Shown: piece by piece, positions 23,683-37,029 of the stretch
Numbering within the stretch: position 1 is the first letter of the stretch
Layout: each line of letters opens with the position of its first letter
Assembly: GCA_040954595.2 (NCBI GenBank)
Contig: CM082581.2
Span: forward strand, 3,340,699-3,404,698
Direction of reading: 5' to 3'
DNA: 64,000 nucleotides
From: Balanoglossus misakiensis
Taxonomy: Eukaryota > Animalia > Hemichordata
Program-made: the position numbers and the translations under genes
Notes under the pieces: generated by a model
Told to the model about the DNA's origin: nothing
Database searches by the model: none
The model's input: the letters and a program-made list of their open reading frames with translations, nothing else

Positions 23683-24645
23683 CACAGATGTAATTCTCCA
23701 AATGTCACATTGGCTTCAATTTAAGTAGTCACCCTCACTTGTTCACAAATCCTTGGCTTTCCGCCAGGATCAGTAAGCTCCGCACCCGGCCCACGTCTTT
23801 ACACGCAATCGTTCGACCTCCATTACAAATAACAATGGTGTCGTAATTGTCACACTGACCAGTGAGTCTTAATGTAACAGTATTTTCTCTCATCAATGAT
23901 CAAGCCAAAATACTCATGGCTTAACGACAACGTCTTTGAATGGAAACATCGGCATTCATTTGGTGATCACCCCATTGGCATTGCACAGAAATCGTTGACG
24001 AATTGAACAGAATTACAGCCAGATAAAAGAAAAGAAAGGGTACAGATCATCACATCAGGTTGGCTAGTAGTTTGGAAACGGTCGCGGTTTAAAGTGTCGA
24101 TACATAATGTCCAAGCTCAGTCGGTACACAAGTGTATATATATCACGTGTTAACAGGTATTCAGTCGGACGAAATTCTTCTAAGCCTCTGATTCTGAAGT
24201 GAATATATTAACGGCCCAGTCGCTGCGGGCAGACTTCGGTAACACAACATGCACATGTCAACACAGTCAGTTCTATTTTCCTCAGCTCCATTGGAATCTG
24301 TCATCACAACTCGGATATAGGGACACACAGACTTCTGCTTCACGATGTAGAGTATGTAAAATTGGAATTGTGGGTAAGCAAGTGCAGCCAATGAAAAAAG
24401 TTGACACAAATGACGCTGGGCGTGCAATCCGCCGTCTGTTATATTAGCGCAATCCACCTGGATACGTCTTCTTACGCCTCGCTACACCAACCAAGCACGA
24501 CGTCCTAATCACGGCTCTGAGTTGATGTGACTGGTTAGCTGGCACAAGACCTAGATACCTTGCAATCAAGACTTTGTGTAGCAACGTACTGCGGAAGCTG
24601 ACCTAGCTCACAATCACTGCAATTCAATCACTGCCTTGTTCGTTG

Positions 24646-24657
24646 TGCGCATGCGCA
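24646..24657. promoter_or_regulatory. NRF1/ewg-type site TGCGCATGCGCA in probable KNDC1 promoter
   Basis: Exact palindromic consensus in a CpG-richer zone about 960 bp upstream of the KNDC1 ATG. Confidence 0.5.
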
Positions 24658-24809
24658 TGTTTGTGCTTTTCTTCTAATATCGGTAAAATGATTTGAAATA
24701 CTGTATAAAAACCGTGAATTTAGCCAATAACTTGAATACTGCCTGATCCGCATTTTTACACAATTGGCCTTTCTTTGGGGAAAACAGTTCATGAAGAATC
24801 TTAACTTAA

Positions 24810-25636
24810 GGGACCGTTCAGTTTTTACGGCCGGGGGGGGGGGGGGGCGGCAAAATCCAGGGGGGGGGGGTCACTTAAATTTTGAAGTCCACAAGGGGGG
24901 GGGGTCATCTGGTTTTTTTAAACGTTTAGGGGGGGGTCACATACTTTTGCCACCGAACTTTTGCTTTTGAGTCCACAAAATTGCAGTTTCGCACCCTAAA
25001 TTTTACAAACTTTTCTAATGTGGGAAGGGGACACCCCCTCCCACACCCACCCCCTCCATTCTTCGCCACATTGCATTTATTCACTGGTTTGTCTAGTGTA
25101 CCAGGGAAGACTTCTTGCCATCCCACCCCGATGCTTACTTTGAGTGGGGTGGCAAAATTAAAATTTGTCCTCCCTAACATTGAGTTAATTTGCTTTTGAT
25201 TTCATTATATTGCAACTTTGAGCACCATATTTTACAACATTTTCTTATGTGGGAGGGGGATACCCCCTCCCACGCCCACCCCCGCCACTTTTCTTGTTTT
25301 ACCGATTCTAGCAACTATTGTATTGACTTGTCATTTTAATTTGTTCATAGATTTCTTTATTGCAACGATATACTATTATATACTTCAATAATACTTTAAG
25401 AAATACATGTATATAATTGAGGTGTGAGGAGCCTCATTCCCTTTATAGCATACAGTGTACATAGGATCAGGACGGCGAATGTTTTGGGCGTGGGGGGGGG
25501 TCATCATATTTTTGGGTCTGTCAAAGGGGGGTCATCATTTTTTGGTCCTGGGTGAAGGGGGGGTCGGCCTGATTTTGAGAACCGATGACACAAACTTGCC
25601 GCCCCCCCCCCCCTGCCGTAAAAACTGAACGGTCCC
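24810..25636. mobile_element. PIF/Harbinger (Tourist-like) MITE with poly-G/C tracts
   Basis: TAA|GGGACCGTTCAGTTTTTACGG...CCGTAAAAACTGAACGGTCCC|TAA. Confidence 0.85.
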
Positions 25637-27328
25637 TAACCCTTACGCACGAAAACCACTATGATTTAGGCCTAGTCATGTTCGAGCACTGCATTTCATT
25701 ATCTTGTAACGAGTGAGGTGTGTGCAAAATGTCATGAAAATTGCAACAATTAAAGTGGATGTTCGAGCAATTCTCATGAAATTCCCCTAATATAAAATAG
25801 GGTTATGCAGCGCTTTGAAGTCATAACAGCCGTGAAATATACAATGCGAAAATCAACCGATGCAAACTGATGAGAAGAACGAGAGGAAAATGTCTACTCC
25901 AAGAATTGCCATAGCAGCTCTTTTCTGAGGTTTATACAATCTTTGGAGATTTGTCTATGACGTATTGCCCCATGAACAGCTGTCAAAGAAAGAAAGAAAG
26001 CATCTTAAACCAATAAAAGTTCGTAGTCGTCTGAGAACACCAATTCTGCTCGGAATGTTTTACAAAGATTGTTAAAGACCCTTGCAATAGCTGCCAATTA
26101 ACATATTTTAATCGAAAAAAATCTTCAATCTTCTCCTTATCCTTATCCTCAGTCGCGAAATGGCAGCATTTTGCATGTTGACTTCGTTAGGTTTTGAATT
26201 CTCATTTGCGCATACCAGCCGGATAGTACTGTGTACTCTTGCAATCGCCAGTTGAACAAACGAGTGCGGCATCCGTTCACAGTCTGTAGATCTTTTATAT
26301 GATAACATAAGAAGTAATCGAGTCCCCAAAGTACTCAAAATTATAATTGATACATGTCAGAACGAGATTAATTTTTGACCAAAGATGTATTAATAAGATG
26401 AGGTGAAATTTTCAGAGATCACACCATTTGAGATCCGTGATGGGAGTCAGCGAGCATGCCCTTACAAAAATATCTTTTAGGATTCCTTTCAGGGTTTCTG
26501 GAATTGTGCCTAAAAATGTCACGACAATTAATACTGCCGCTTTGCAAAGGAAAATGAATGAACAATGATTATATGTTACATAAAAATCGCGTTTAAAATT
26601 GGGCTGACAGTGGCCAGTGGGCTGTCAACTCAAGTTACCGGTAAATGCTGCAAGCCCTCCCGGGAAGCCCTCCGACAAAAGTTGCAAGGGATTTGTGTGG
26701 CTCGCATGTACTCATCATTTCTCTTTTATATATGTTCACTTCGGCACTATAGGTAAAAGTTTTGGAAGACCGACACTCCCAACATCCCAAATTTATGAGA
26801 TAAAACGATTGATTGCCGTAATTCTAAAATATTTTTTCGCCATTTAATACACATGATGACTGACAATGAGGGCAACAGTGTATTTTGATGACCGAGGGCG
26901 CTGCTAGTCACAACTAATATTTAAGGTCAGAGATCACCATCCCTCGTGCAGGCGTCAAATCGTGATATTGCCCTCGCTATCATGTGTTATTATTTAAATA
27001 TTTTCTGAACTTTCAGCAACACTTCTGATATCAAACTTCTGCTCAAAATTGGTTTCCGCACATATAAAGGGAATGCCAATGGCAATTTCTAAAAATACAA
27101 CGATGAGAGCCGTACCTCTCAAAATAATGTTGATAATCCGACACCCCGTACACCAAATCTTCCAGGCAGCCCAAAATACTGTTAATTCATTTGCTCCACA
27201 TCCTCACTCGCTGTGTACATATAATGTTATTTATCAAGGTACAACGTTAAGGAGAGAAATAAATGTTTTGTTGTTTCGTGAGGGCGCTGTTTAGAGGAGT
27301 AGAAGTATGTATGGTAATAATTATATAA

Positions 27329-28062
27329 GGGAGCATTCGTTTTTTACAGGGAGGGGGGGGCCGGTGGAATTTGAGTCGCCGACTAAATGTAAAAGGCAAC
27401 CCCCCCTGGACATTACTTTTCTAAAATGTGACCCCCCCCCCCAAAAAAAAAAAGTTTATCCACCGGATTAAACTTATCATGGACACAGCGCTCCCATGAA
27501 AAGAATTTGAAACCGATATTTCCCCTCATCAGTGGGTATTAAAACTGAACATTGTTTTTATTTTTTAAGTATTTGTATTCTGTGTTGGGAGACATTGTAA
27601 ACCGACAATTGAAGGGGGTGGGTTTGGGAGGGGGTGTCCCCCCTCCCACGTAAGAAATTTTTATAAAATACAGAGCTCAAAGCTGCATTTTAATGAACCC
27701 AGCAAAAGCAAATTAACGTCGCCGCTCAAAGTTATCATGGGGTGGGGGCAAGTCCCCTGACCTGGGACACTAGATAAACCAGTCAATGATTGAAAGGTGT
27801 TGATGAATGGAGGGGGTGGGTGTGGGAGGGGGTGTCCCCCTCCCACATTAGAAAATTTTGTAAAATAAAGGACGCGAAACTGCATTTTTGTGGACTCAAA
27901 ATAAATATTTAGCCGTCAAAGTTTTCAAGTCCCCCCCCTTTCAGTCCCTATATAATAATCCCTTGATTATAAAATTTGTCCCCCCCTAAAAACTGCTTTG
28001 TAAAAGTAAACCCCCCCCTGATTTCCACCGGCCCCCCCTCCCTGTAAAAAACGAATGCTCCC
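27329..28062. mobile_element. PIF/Harbinger-like MITE, related subfamily
   Basis: TAA|GGGAGCATTCGTTTTTTACAGG...CCTGTAAAAAACGAATGCTCCC|TAA; internal similarity to the 24810 copy. Confidence 0.85.
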
Positions 28063-28879
28063 TAAGGTACACGTAAGTCTGCGCGCTACCACCGGCTAAA
28101 CTGGTCGTCATTTTCTGCTCAAATTCTCAGCAATTTTCAGTGTTGTCTTACTTACATCTTATTGCCAAGTTCCTTTTACCCGATTGGTAGAGAAATGCAG
28201 GGCTGTAGAAACATGCTCTTGGTTGTGTTACTTTATTTGAGAAAATTACTTGGATTTATTTTATTGGCAACTGACAACAGCTTTTGAAGGGTACTCCTTG
28301 GCTATGCGTTTTTGTTCAGCTGTTCATGTATTTATTTTCATTTCACTTTGATTGCACCTTATGATATTGTAGAGAAACTTGTAATACATTGATGCAATAA
28401 ATTTTAAATGGCTTTTCCTGAATACTGTTATCGGTTCTTTATGAGTTGGAGCCCAGGAGCAGAGATTACATAAAGCCATACCGCCCATCGCCTCATCTGC
28501 AACTGAACTTCTCAAGTGAACACTAGAGGGCGATATATAACATAGAACTTCCAGAACAATATACCAAAACCAAAGCTAGCAGTAGCACACATGTAAAAAA
28601 CATCCTTTCCTGAATTTCCCTTAAACTTATCTTGTGAACTGAACAGTACACATAACCTGGCATGTACATGTTGGGTATCATTGGAAAAGGCTAAGCGTAT
28701 TTGCATATTTTTCATGGGTTATAGCTCATGAAAACTGTCAATAGATGACAAATTTTCGACTTTGCTGATGATTGTTTATCAACTGATGCAAAGAACAAAC
28801 AATAGCTATGAAAATACGCCTAGTCTGTCGCCCAGTGACACCAATCGGAGAATCTTACCACCCACACCATGGTGGGCGG

Positions 28880-29066
28880 AAGTTGGTCCTGGCACTTTTT
28901 TTCCCATGATTCAAATTACAGTAAACGCCATATTGGAAATTCTGCCAACTTTCCCTCAACTTTGTAAAAAATCGCGCGACTTATACATGGTGAACATGTT
29001 TTTTTCTGAAAGAGTGACCTCAAAGCTACCAAATAATGTAGAAATCAGCTACGCCGGATTTCCCCT
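28880..29066. mobile_element. TTAA-target element end; inverted copy at about 58163-58355
   Basis: Shared CCATATTGGAAATTCTGCCAA, GTGACCTCAAA, ATGTAGAAATCAG and TTCCCCT|TTAA. Confidence 0.6.
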
Positions 29067-31963
29067 TTAAGGCTGTGTTTCAGTTACAAATCTTTTGTCT
29101 TCACTCACACTTACTCTCCTAACAATCTCATAAAATCTACTGAAGCAAAAAAAGACAAAAAGACGCTATATGTTTGACAAAAGACATTTTCATTGCGCAA
29201 CAGTAATGTGTCCAAGACAGGTCATTGATGAAAAGAAAAACATTAATCTTCAAAAACAATCTCCAAACAATGCACCGAATAATTCATCACTCTGGGAATT
29301 ACAGACCGAATATACATCATTGATTTGACATTGAAATGAGAGAACTATTTTCTACCCAACAGGTTGGCAGGAAAAAAAATCATAAGAAATAAAAAGGTTC
29401 TCCAAATTGTCCTTATTGGGTAACGACAATGTTCTCTCTGTTTTCAAAAGTCCATCGCTGGTTCGGTGCAACAGAAAATACACAGCAGTTGACAACGATG
29501 CATTCAGCAAATTGTACCTGTAATGTTTATATTTAGTTTGTTTCATTTATACACAAATTGTATGCCACTCCCATGTTGGAATACAAGTACCACAGCCATC
29601 CCCACAGGCTTGAACTGAAGATAGATCTGAAATGTTCTAGAACAGAAAATGGCATGTGAATGGGTATAAACTGACTGCATTTGGCATGGGCTGATGACGA
29701 TCAAGTCTACACAATGCATACAGGTAAAAACACCAAAGAAGCCTCAACAGGGTTCTGTCTGCCAGCTTGCTTTATACTGAATGATGGTTGTCTATGTAAT
29801 ACACTTTGAATTGAAGAGGGCACATAAACTGGCCAAAATATGAAAGTACACACAGAGATTCAAACTGTTTATCCTCAGTGTTTGTTGGACACAAATACTG
29901 CCTCTGAAACAGTTTTGAAAGAGTCTGTAAGGGACATATCATAGCCAGTACACCTGTTTTTGTAACAAAACTAATGCAAAACAGCCATCTCAGATTACAT
30001 TTGCCATAAAATGATTATCTGTGGCAATATTACAAATTAGCATTGAACACACTGTTCTCCCATTTGATCAGAATTTGAACAAACAACTGTGACATGTACC
30101 AGCTATATTTGGACTAATACTGATCCATTTCCAACACAAACCCAAAAGGACATCTTCAGTTGGATATGTACATAATTTACGAGATAAATTTATGAGATAA
30201 TACATGCAGAAATCTGATGGATAACGTCTTCGGACCATCCATTACCATTTGAAAAATAGACATCTTTATTTAAATGACAAAATCGCCCAAAGAGTGAACA
30301 AGTTTATGCCATAATTTTTACACATGTACACAAAAAAATCAGAACATCAGTCACCCAGAATCCATTTTTTAACAAAGTGGGACAAGTCATTTCTGAGAGC
30401 GAAAGTGTTTTTTGATCACTAATAAAGCAAAACTGCCCTCACAAATCCATGAGGGAATTTGGCAGCACTAACTTGTGCACTTCGCACTGTTTTCAATAAC
30501 AATGACAGTGTTTGTTCTCCAGGTAAACAGTGGCTATGTGGTCACAAGATAAAGGGGGAAATATTTGGCAGTGAATGCAAGTGCGTCCATAGTGTACAAT
30601 GTATGTACACATGTTTCTGCCATTCAAGATTTGGAAAATTTCATTTTTTCTCCAAAGGATGCACATGCTAAGTTGTTTGGGCAATTGACAATTTACACTC
30701 AAAACCACACAAAGAAACAGTTTTAATACCCGGTAAGCAAAATATTAGGTTTTGGGTGCATTGGTTGCAATGTTTACAAGATTCAAGGTCACAAAATGGA
30801 CGATCTTTGAATGTGACAAATAAGAATGACAAAAAACGTGTCAAAAGTTTGTATGAAAATTGACTTATATGCATGCTAAATGTTATCCAATGGCGCTATA
30901 TGTGTATTAGGCGGACAGAAACTACAACATGCCAGACGACAGCTACACAGTCAATTATTCAACGTTTCTTATATGAATTTGGCTAAAATATACAATAGCT
31001 TTTTGTCTTTGCCAAACTGCACTTTGGGCCAATCATATTACTTTTCAATGATATGATTGAACATTTCACAAACACAACTGTAACACAAATGAGGATGGAA
31101 GACACTTAAGTCAAAATCATCTAAAATCATTTTTCTTGTTAAGTTTTTGAGCCCAAATAGAAAAGTGAACGCAGCCCCATACTATTCATATCACGGTTTG
31201 ATCAAACCACCATGACCAAGCTTGTTTTATGTATGGCAGATTTTGCACAATGTGAAAAGTTCCAAACATTTGGCGGAAAAACAATCAAGTTTCACTGACA
31301 CTGACAATTCCTAACCAAGGTTCAGCCCAAACCCATTGTATTCTATGGTAAAGTTGGACCTGTATGGAGGGAAATCAGGGTGAAAGGGTTAAACAATAGA
31401 TTCCTATTTTGTATCTTGTTCAAATTTGAACAATTTTACTAATGTCATCATGCAAATTTTAATGCAATCACAGAGTGAATAGGGGATGGGGGGATTTAGA
31501 TATTTTGACATCTTGCTTAGAGTTAGACCATACCTAGAAAACTGCATGCCATATATCAAAGCAATCAGACAAGCCATTTCTGAGAAATTGTCCCAAAACA
31601 GCAAGAATTGCCCAAATATACAAATTTCACCACAATATGAACAGAGCAGACTACACACCAGTACATAGCCATATGGACATACACTGACAGACAGTCATAG
31701 AGATGACAGTCGCCCGCCAATCCCACAAGCTCCCAATGGTATACAAGTGCCAAATGAGGTCACACCAAAAAATCTGTTTATCAAATATTTCAAAGTAAGG
31801 AACAAGTGATTTCTGAGATTTTTAAAGCAAACACAAATATTGCACATATTTTTAACAAATCTGATCATCTCAATGGACCTGTATATTAAAACCCTTTCAG
31901 GCCACCCATACATTTAGGGGTTTAGGTCTGAGAGGGTTAAATATCATGGCTGCACGACGAGTG

Positions 31964-32101
31964 CAGTGTTCTCCCCAGGAATAACATAGTGGCTAATTTG
32001 CATAACAATGTAAATAATTGTTATGTTAATCAAGTTATATTGTCTTCTCACAATAAAAGAGTAGTGGCCACTACGCTTTAATTGCTTTGGGGAGAACACT
32101 G
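31964..32101. mobile_element. Small TIR element (hAT-like ends)
   Basis: CAGTGTTCTCCCCA...TGGGGAGAACACTG; TSD decayed. Confidence 0.55.
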
Positions 32102-32986
32102 CCTCAGTGGATTCTGACTAGAAGTCAATTGTTGACAATCCACAGACAATCAGTGTGTTGTGATGTGTTGCACTGCATTGCAGTGTGTTCTGCAACAGCA
32201 GCAGCTGAGTGAATAAAATGAAAACAAAGCAGACAATACATGTAATCCAAGATGCCCTTCACATTTAATCACTCTTTCTCACCCGTGGTTCTGTGGTGTT
32301 GAAAGCTCAAATTGAACATTTTCTCTCATTCTTTGATTGCCACAGTTGAAGAAAAAGATGAGACGCATAAAGGTGGCAATCCATTTCAGGATCACTCATT
32401 AATTTATGAGACAGAGTTTTGAGTTTATGAATCATGATTTAGAGTCTCTGACCGACAATAAGAGCCAAACTTATCAAGCAATGTCTCTTTTGTATCTATG
32501 AGAGTTAAACTTAGAGTAGAAATGTATCTACATAACATTTTCAAACAAACAAAAAGAAAAGAAAAATTTAGAAAAATAAAAAGCTAACATGATGAAATAA
32601 TAGTACATATTTAGGAATGCTCTATAATGTAGTATAAAATTACAATCTCACAATATTTATGATTTAAATCTTTTATAAGGATAAAGCCTTTTTAAATTTT
32701 TTTTCTCTTGAATAATAATAAACACTATTAAGTCAAAATGACAACATTACAAATAACAAGAACCCTTAAACTATTAACATTTTTTTGCACCTTTGAAAGC
32801 TGGCAAGTTAATTCTGTAACCAATATAACTAGGCGCTTGTATCTGTCTTAGATGTGATCTTGGACATTTTCTCTAGATTATTAGTTGACTTCAGGTACAG
32901 TTGACGTTCATTTTCCTCACAACAGACCTATTGATTACTTCAATGATATGTTACATAGATACCACAGAACTTCCAGTCTTGAAATT

Positions 32987-34508
32987 TTAGCTGTCTGGTG
33001 AGTCTTCTTCAGCCTTTAGAGAAAACAGAGTAATAATTTGTATCTTTAATTTACATTATTAAAAAACATTTGACAAGTTACTAAACACCAAGTGTACACA
33101 CTACCTGCACTTCTCAAGAAAGGGCTGCGGCATCACTTTTTTTCAGAGACAGAATGATTCTACCATAGTGGCGGCCATATTACTTTTCTATAACTCGCAT
33201 ACACACTCATACTTTGGGTCTATAATATTTGTATATACTTCAGTGCACACATCTGTATGGGCTTATACTAGTAGAGTTAGAAAATAAATTTCATGGTAAT
33301 TTCCCAAAAGTTGCAGCTCATGGGGCTAGAATTGGGGCAAGTCAAGGAAGCCCTGTAAAACCCAAGTCTCTCAACCAAAATTCTCTATGCCCAATCATTC
33401 ACCTTAGAATTCATCAGCAGGGACTAAAAATATTTGAATACAGCCAAAGTTACAGCTATTATACATGTTCATACACAGTAACAGCAATTCACTTACTCGT
33501 GCTTGCGTATCTGTAACTGCCAGTTTGGCAATATTTTCTGCAATTGTACTAAAATTGTCTTCCAAAGGATCTGGATAGTAACAATCTGCCTCTTCCTCCA
33601 GTAACATTTCTTCCATGCATGCCTGCATAAACTCTTCCTCTTGCAATTCTTCAATAACCTATGCATTTATAAACAATAATCATTACCATCATGGAGGTAA
33701 AAATGGAGGATGTACTAAGAGGAGCCCCTTCTCACAGTAAACATTCATGTACTTGTATGCAGTAGAAGGGAGATGATGGACATGCACCTGGAGGTCTTTT
33801 GGCAATTTCGTTTGCTGCAAACCTGGTCATAATCAGCCAGAATCTGGTGATCCCGTTCACTGATTTCTGTGTTTAATGAGCTCAGAACCAGCTATGATAG
33901 CTCTGCTAACGTATTATCTCGCAGTTTCTTGTATCAGTTGACTTGAGATTATGTAGATATGAGTCTTGCAAAGTCCGTTGGCAATGAACGAAATTGTGTG
34001 GACAGTATTGTTTACTGATTACAAACATGGCTGACTTGATTGAAAGTGCATGCGTCATCTACAATTCAATGACATTCTCTCACATGTAAGACAATGACAT
34101 TATTTTTCCATCAGGAAAGTGTCCACTTATTTGGGGATCAATTTTGAAACTGATGCACTTATATTTTGGGGTATGATATGGTTATGTAAAAAGACAATGT
34201 ATTTTATAGATATCACACAACAACACCCAAAAAGTGGGTGTTATCCATGCTAGTCTCTGTGTGGAGAATTTTTAAAGGTGAGAAACTCCTTTCAAAATTA
34301 TTCTGTGATTAATACAGTGTGATAGTCTATAGTCAAAATATTGCTGACCCTTGGGTCAGTTGTACTAAACCCGACAAAAACTTACTTTTTGGTCAAATTC
34401 CTCAGCTTCTGCCATCCATAAATATTCACCAAATTGGTCACTACTGGCTCCAATTAAGGAGGTATTACAGAACGAGTCTGGATTGACAACTTCAACTGGC
34501 CCTTTCAT
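32987..34508 (-). CDS. PAIP2: Poly(A)-binding protein-interacting protein 2 (PAIP2)-like, about 110 aa
   Basis: Exons 34508-34386 (MKGP...FGEYLWMAEAEEFDQK) and 33658-33497 (VIEELQEEEFMQACMEEMLLEEE) match PAIP2 PAM1 (human [35 protein letters not shown]). Probable microexon 33423-33403 (SLLMNSK) and last exon 33013-32987 (AEEDSPDS*) are less certain. Confidence 0.85.
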
Positions 34509-34716
34509 GGTGATACAGTTGTCAGATTTACAACATACAAAATCTGTCTGCTTTGGCTGCAATAGAAATAAAAAAAAATGGATCAAACACTGTAGACCAA
34601 TTTCATTACAAGGATATCAAGGTAATACATGTATGTATATACAGGTACAGTACATGTACAGTGACAGGTACACTTGTTTTCACACATAACAAACTAAGCC
34701 CTTCCAGGTAGCCTTA

Positions 34717-35973
34717 CTACAGAATTCTTTTTACTAGCAACGAATGCCAAACTAGCAACACCGGCTTTCTTTGAGGGGGCCCGACACGTTATCTCTAAAA
34801 TTGTAACAACGTCACAATTTAGTAGACAAAGAGGCGCCCCCCCCCCCCCCCCCATCCCAATTGCGCAGTTGAAGTACGTGCGTGTTGAGGGAGACGTGTC
34901 GACTCGAACGCTGCTCTAGGAAGCTCGTAGTTACCTTCTTACCGGGACATTTGTACTTGAACGGACTGGGTTCCTCCCACTTCAGGTCGGTAGATTCCTG
35001 TGAAGCAGAGACGTGAATTTTGCCGTTCATAGTGCCGCGGGTTGCAGTGTATCCCGTCTGTTGAACTTTTTTTAGAGATTGAGATGAGAATTAGCAGTGT
35101 AGGATAGAGACGACGTACCAAACTGCCGTGTTGTATTCTGAATTTGTGTTGAAATAAATACGACGGAAGAGTTTGAACGGCATTGCTGAGTGGACTGATA
35201 GTTTTGTGGCAAATTCGGGCGTGCGAGGCCGCCGCTAACCTTGCCGCGATCACCCGGCCGCTTGAGAACTTTCTCGACCTACGCATGAACTTGTTGTTTG
35301 TGGCAGCAATCGTGACATGTTACGTTGTTTGAAAAAAAAAACGTTGACGCGTCAATGCGCCCAGTGGCGGACGCCACATGAATTTTTTTCAGATCTGGCT
35401 TTTTCAACGTGTTTGTTTGGCGTTCATGATTTAGTATATATCCATGTTCTTGTTCCACTATTTCCCATTCCAAAAACCCCAAAGTTTTAAACGTGTACAC
35501 TTTGACTAGAAAAGGCCTCAGACACCTTCATATGCTGTCCGGCAGCCGTGGTGGGATATCCGACTGCGGTGCAGCTCAAAGTGGCGTGGAGCTGGTCATG
35601 TTGGGAACAGTGCAGCCGGCCGGTGGATCGACGTCCCACACTTTCATACCCGCCGGCGTGCGGCAATCGGGAGGAACCCAGTCCGTTCAAGCGCAAATGT
35701 CCCGGTCAGAAGGTAACTACGAGCTTCGTAGAGCAGCGTTCGACACGCTAAACAACTCTCGTCGTCCGTGTTCAAGTCAGTCTCCAACCCCTTTCTGTTC
35801 ACGTCTCTCTCTCTCAACACGCACGTACTTCAACTGCGCAATTGGGATGGGGGACGCCTCTTTGTCTAGTACATTGTGACGTTGTTACAATTTTAGAGAT
35901 AACGCGTTGCTGGCATGAAAGAAATACGATGTTGCCAGTTTGCCGTTTGTTGCTGGTAAAAAGAATTCCGTGG
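34717..35973. mobile_element. About 1.26-kb non-autonomous DNA transposon with about 260-bp TIRs, TA TSD
   Basis: 34717-34979 is the reverse complement of about 35668-35973 (with an insertion); TA on both flanks. Confidence 0.8.
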
Positions 35974-36001
35974 TAATTTCACACCGAGGGCATGTAACAT
36001 A

Positions 36002-36204
36002 CTGTAAAACGGTTATTTTCGCGAGAAATACATTTTCACGAAATACGTGAGTCAACAAAACGCAAAAATAAAACGTCATGTAAAAATGTTTTTCGGGGAT
36101 AACGATGCAGTGAAATATGAAAATGCGAAAATTAATCCTCGCGTAACAGTTGCCACTTTCCATATAGCGAAAATTTCCTGTCGCGAGAATTTCCCGTTTT
36201 ACAG
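36002..36204. mobile_element. TA-TSD MITE, same family
   Basis: TA|CTGTAAAACGG...CCGTTTTACAG|TA. Confidence 0.75.
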
Positions 36205-36449
36205 TACACGTAACACACTATTTGCTCTGGAAGAGGGTTAGCACCATAAATTTATAATCTATTATACTGAACATTAGAGATGATAAATGTAATGGTTCCA
36301 AGGCTCAATTACATGTAGAGTAATCTGTCCTTCTGGAACTCATAGCAATACACGTATGGTAAAGAACAAACTAGCGGTAGTTGACTTGAGGTTATGTCAC
36401 TGGGGCCACGCAAGCTGGCTGAGAAGTACGGCGTTGGGTAACGTAGATG

Positions 36450-36990
36450 CAGTCTCTTCTAAAGCTGGTGTCTTAGAAGAGTTTGAAACCAACGTGTTAC
36501 GCCCATGGAGAACAAAAGAGGAAGATCAGAAAGACTGGAAATGAAGAAATCAACGCGCTGATCTGGGAGCAGTTCAAAGAAGCCATGGCAAGAAAAATCC
36601 CTGTAACTTGTAACCTGCCCCCTTACTGCAAGAACATGCTCTGTCATTTGCCAAGGACTTGAGCGTGTATGACTTCAGAACATTGAACAGCTGGCTCAAC
36701 AGTTCCCACCAACGGCACAAGGGTGGCTTTAGCGTAATGTCCGGCAAGAGTGGGGATGTTGACACCAATGTCGTTGCAGGCTTGAAGAAGAAAATTACCA
36801 CCGTACTTGAAGGGTACAAGCCAAGATGTGTACAACATGGACTAGACAGGTCTTTTCTTGAGATCAACAGCGAACAGAACTTTATTTCACGAGGAGGGGG
36901 GGGGGGGAAGAATGCAGAGGCAGAAAGAAGTCCAAAGAGAGACTGACTGTTGCCCTTTGTGCCAACATGGTAAGCGATAAAGAACAACCA
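36450..36990 (+). pseudogene. Decayed pogo/Tigger (TIGD4/6-like) transposase
   Basis: Across frameshifts: NEEINALIWEQF...IPVT, PLLQEHALSFAKDL..DFR..NSWL...QRH...GKSGDVD, LEGYKP, KSKERLTVALCANM (CENP-B HTH plus DDE_1 start). Confidence 0.8.
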
Positions 36991-37029
36991 AGATGTTTAC
37001 TTCTGCCGTTTGTTTATGCGTTTAATCAT

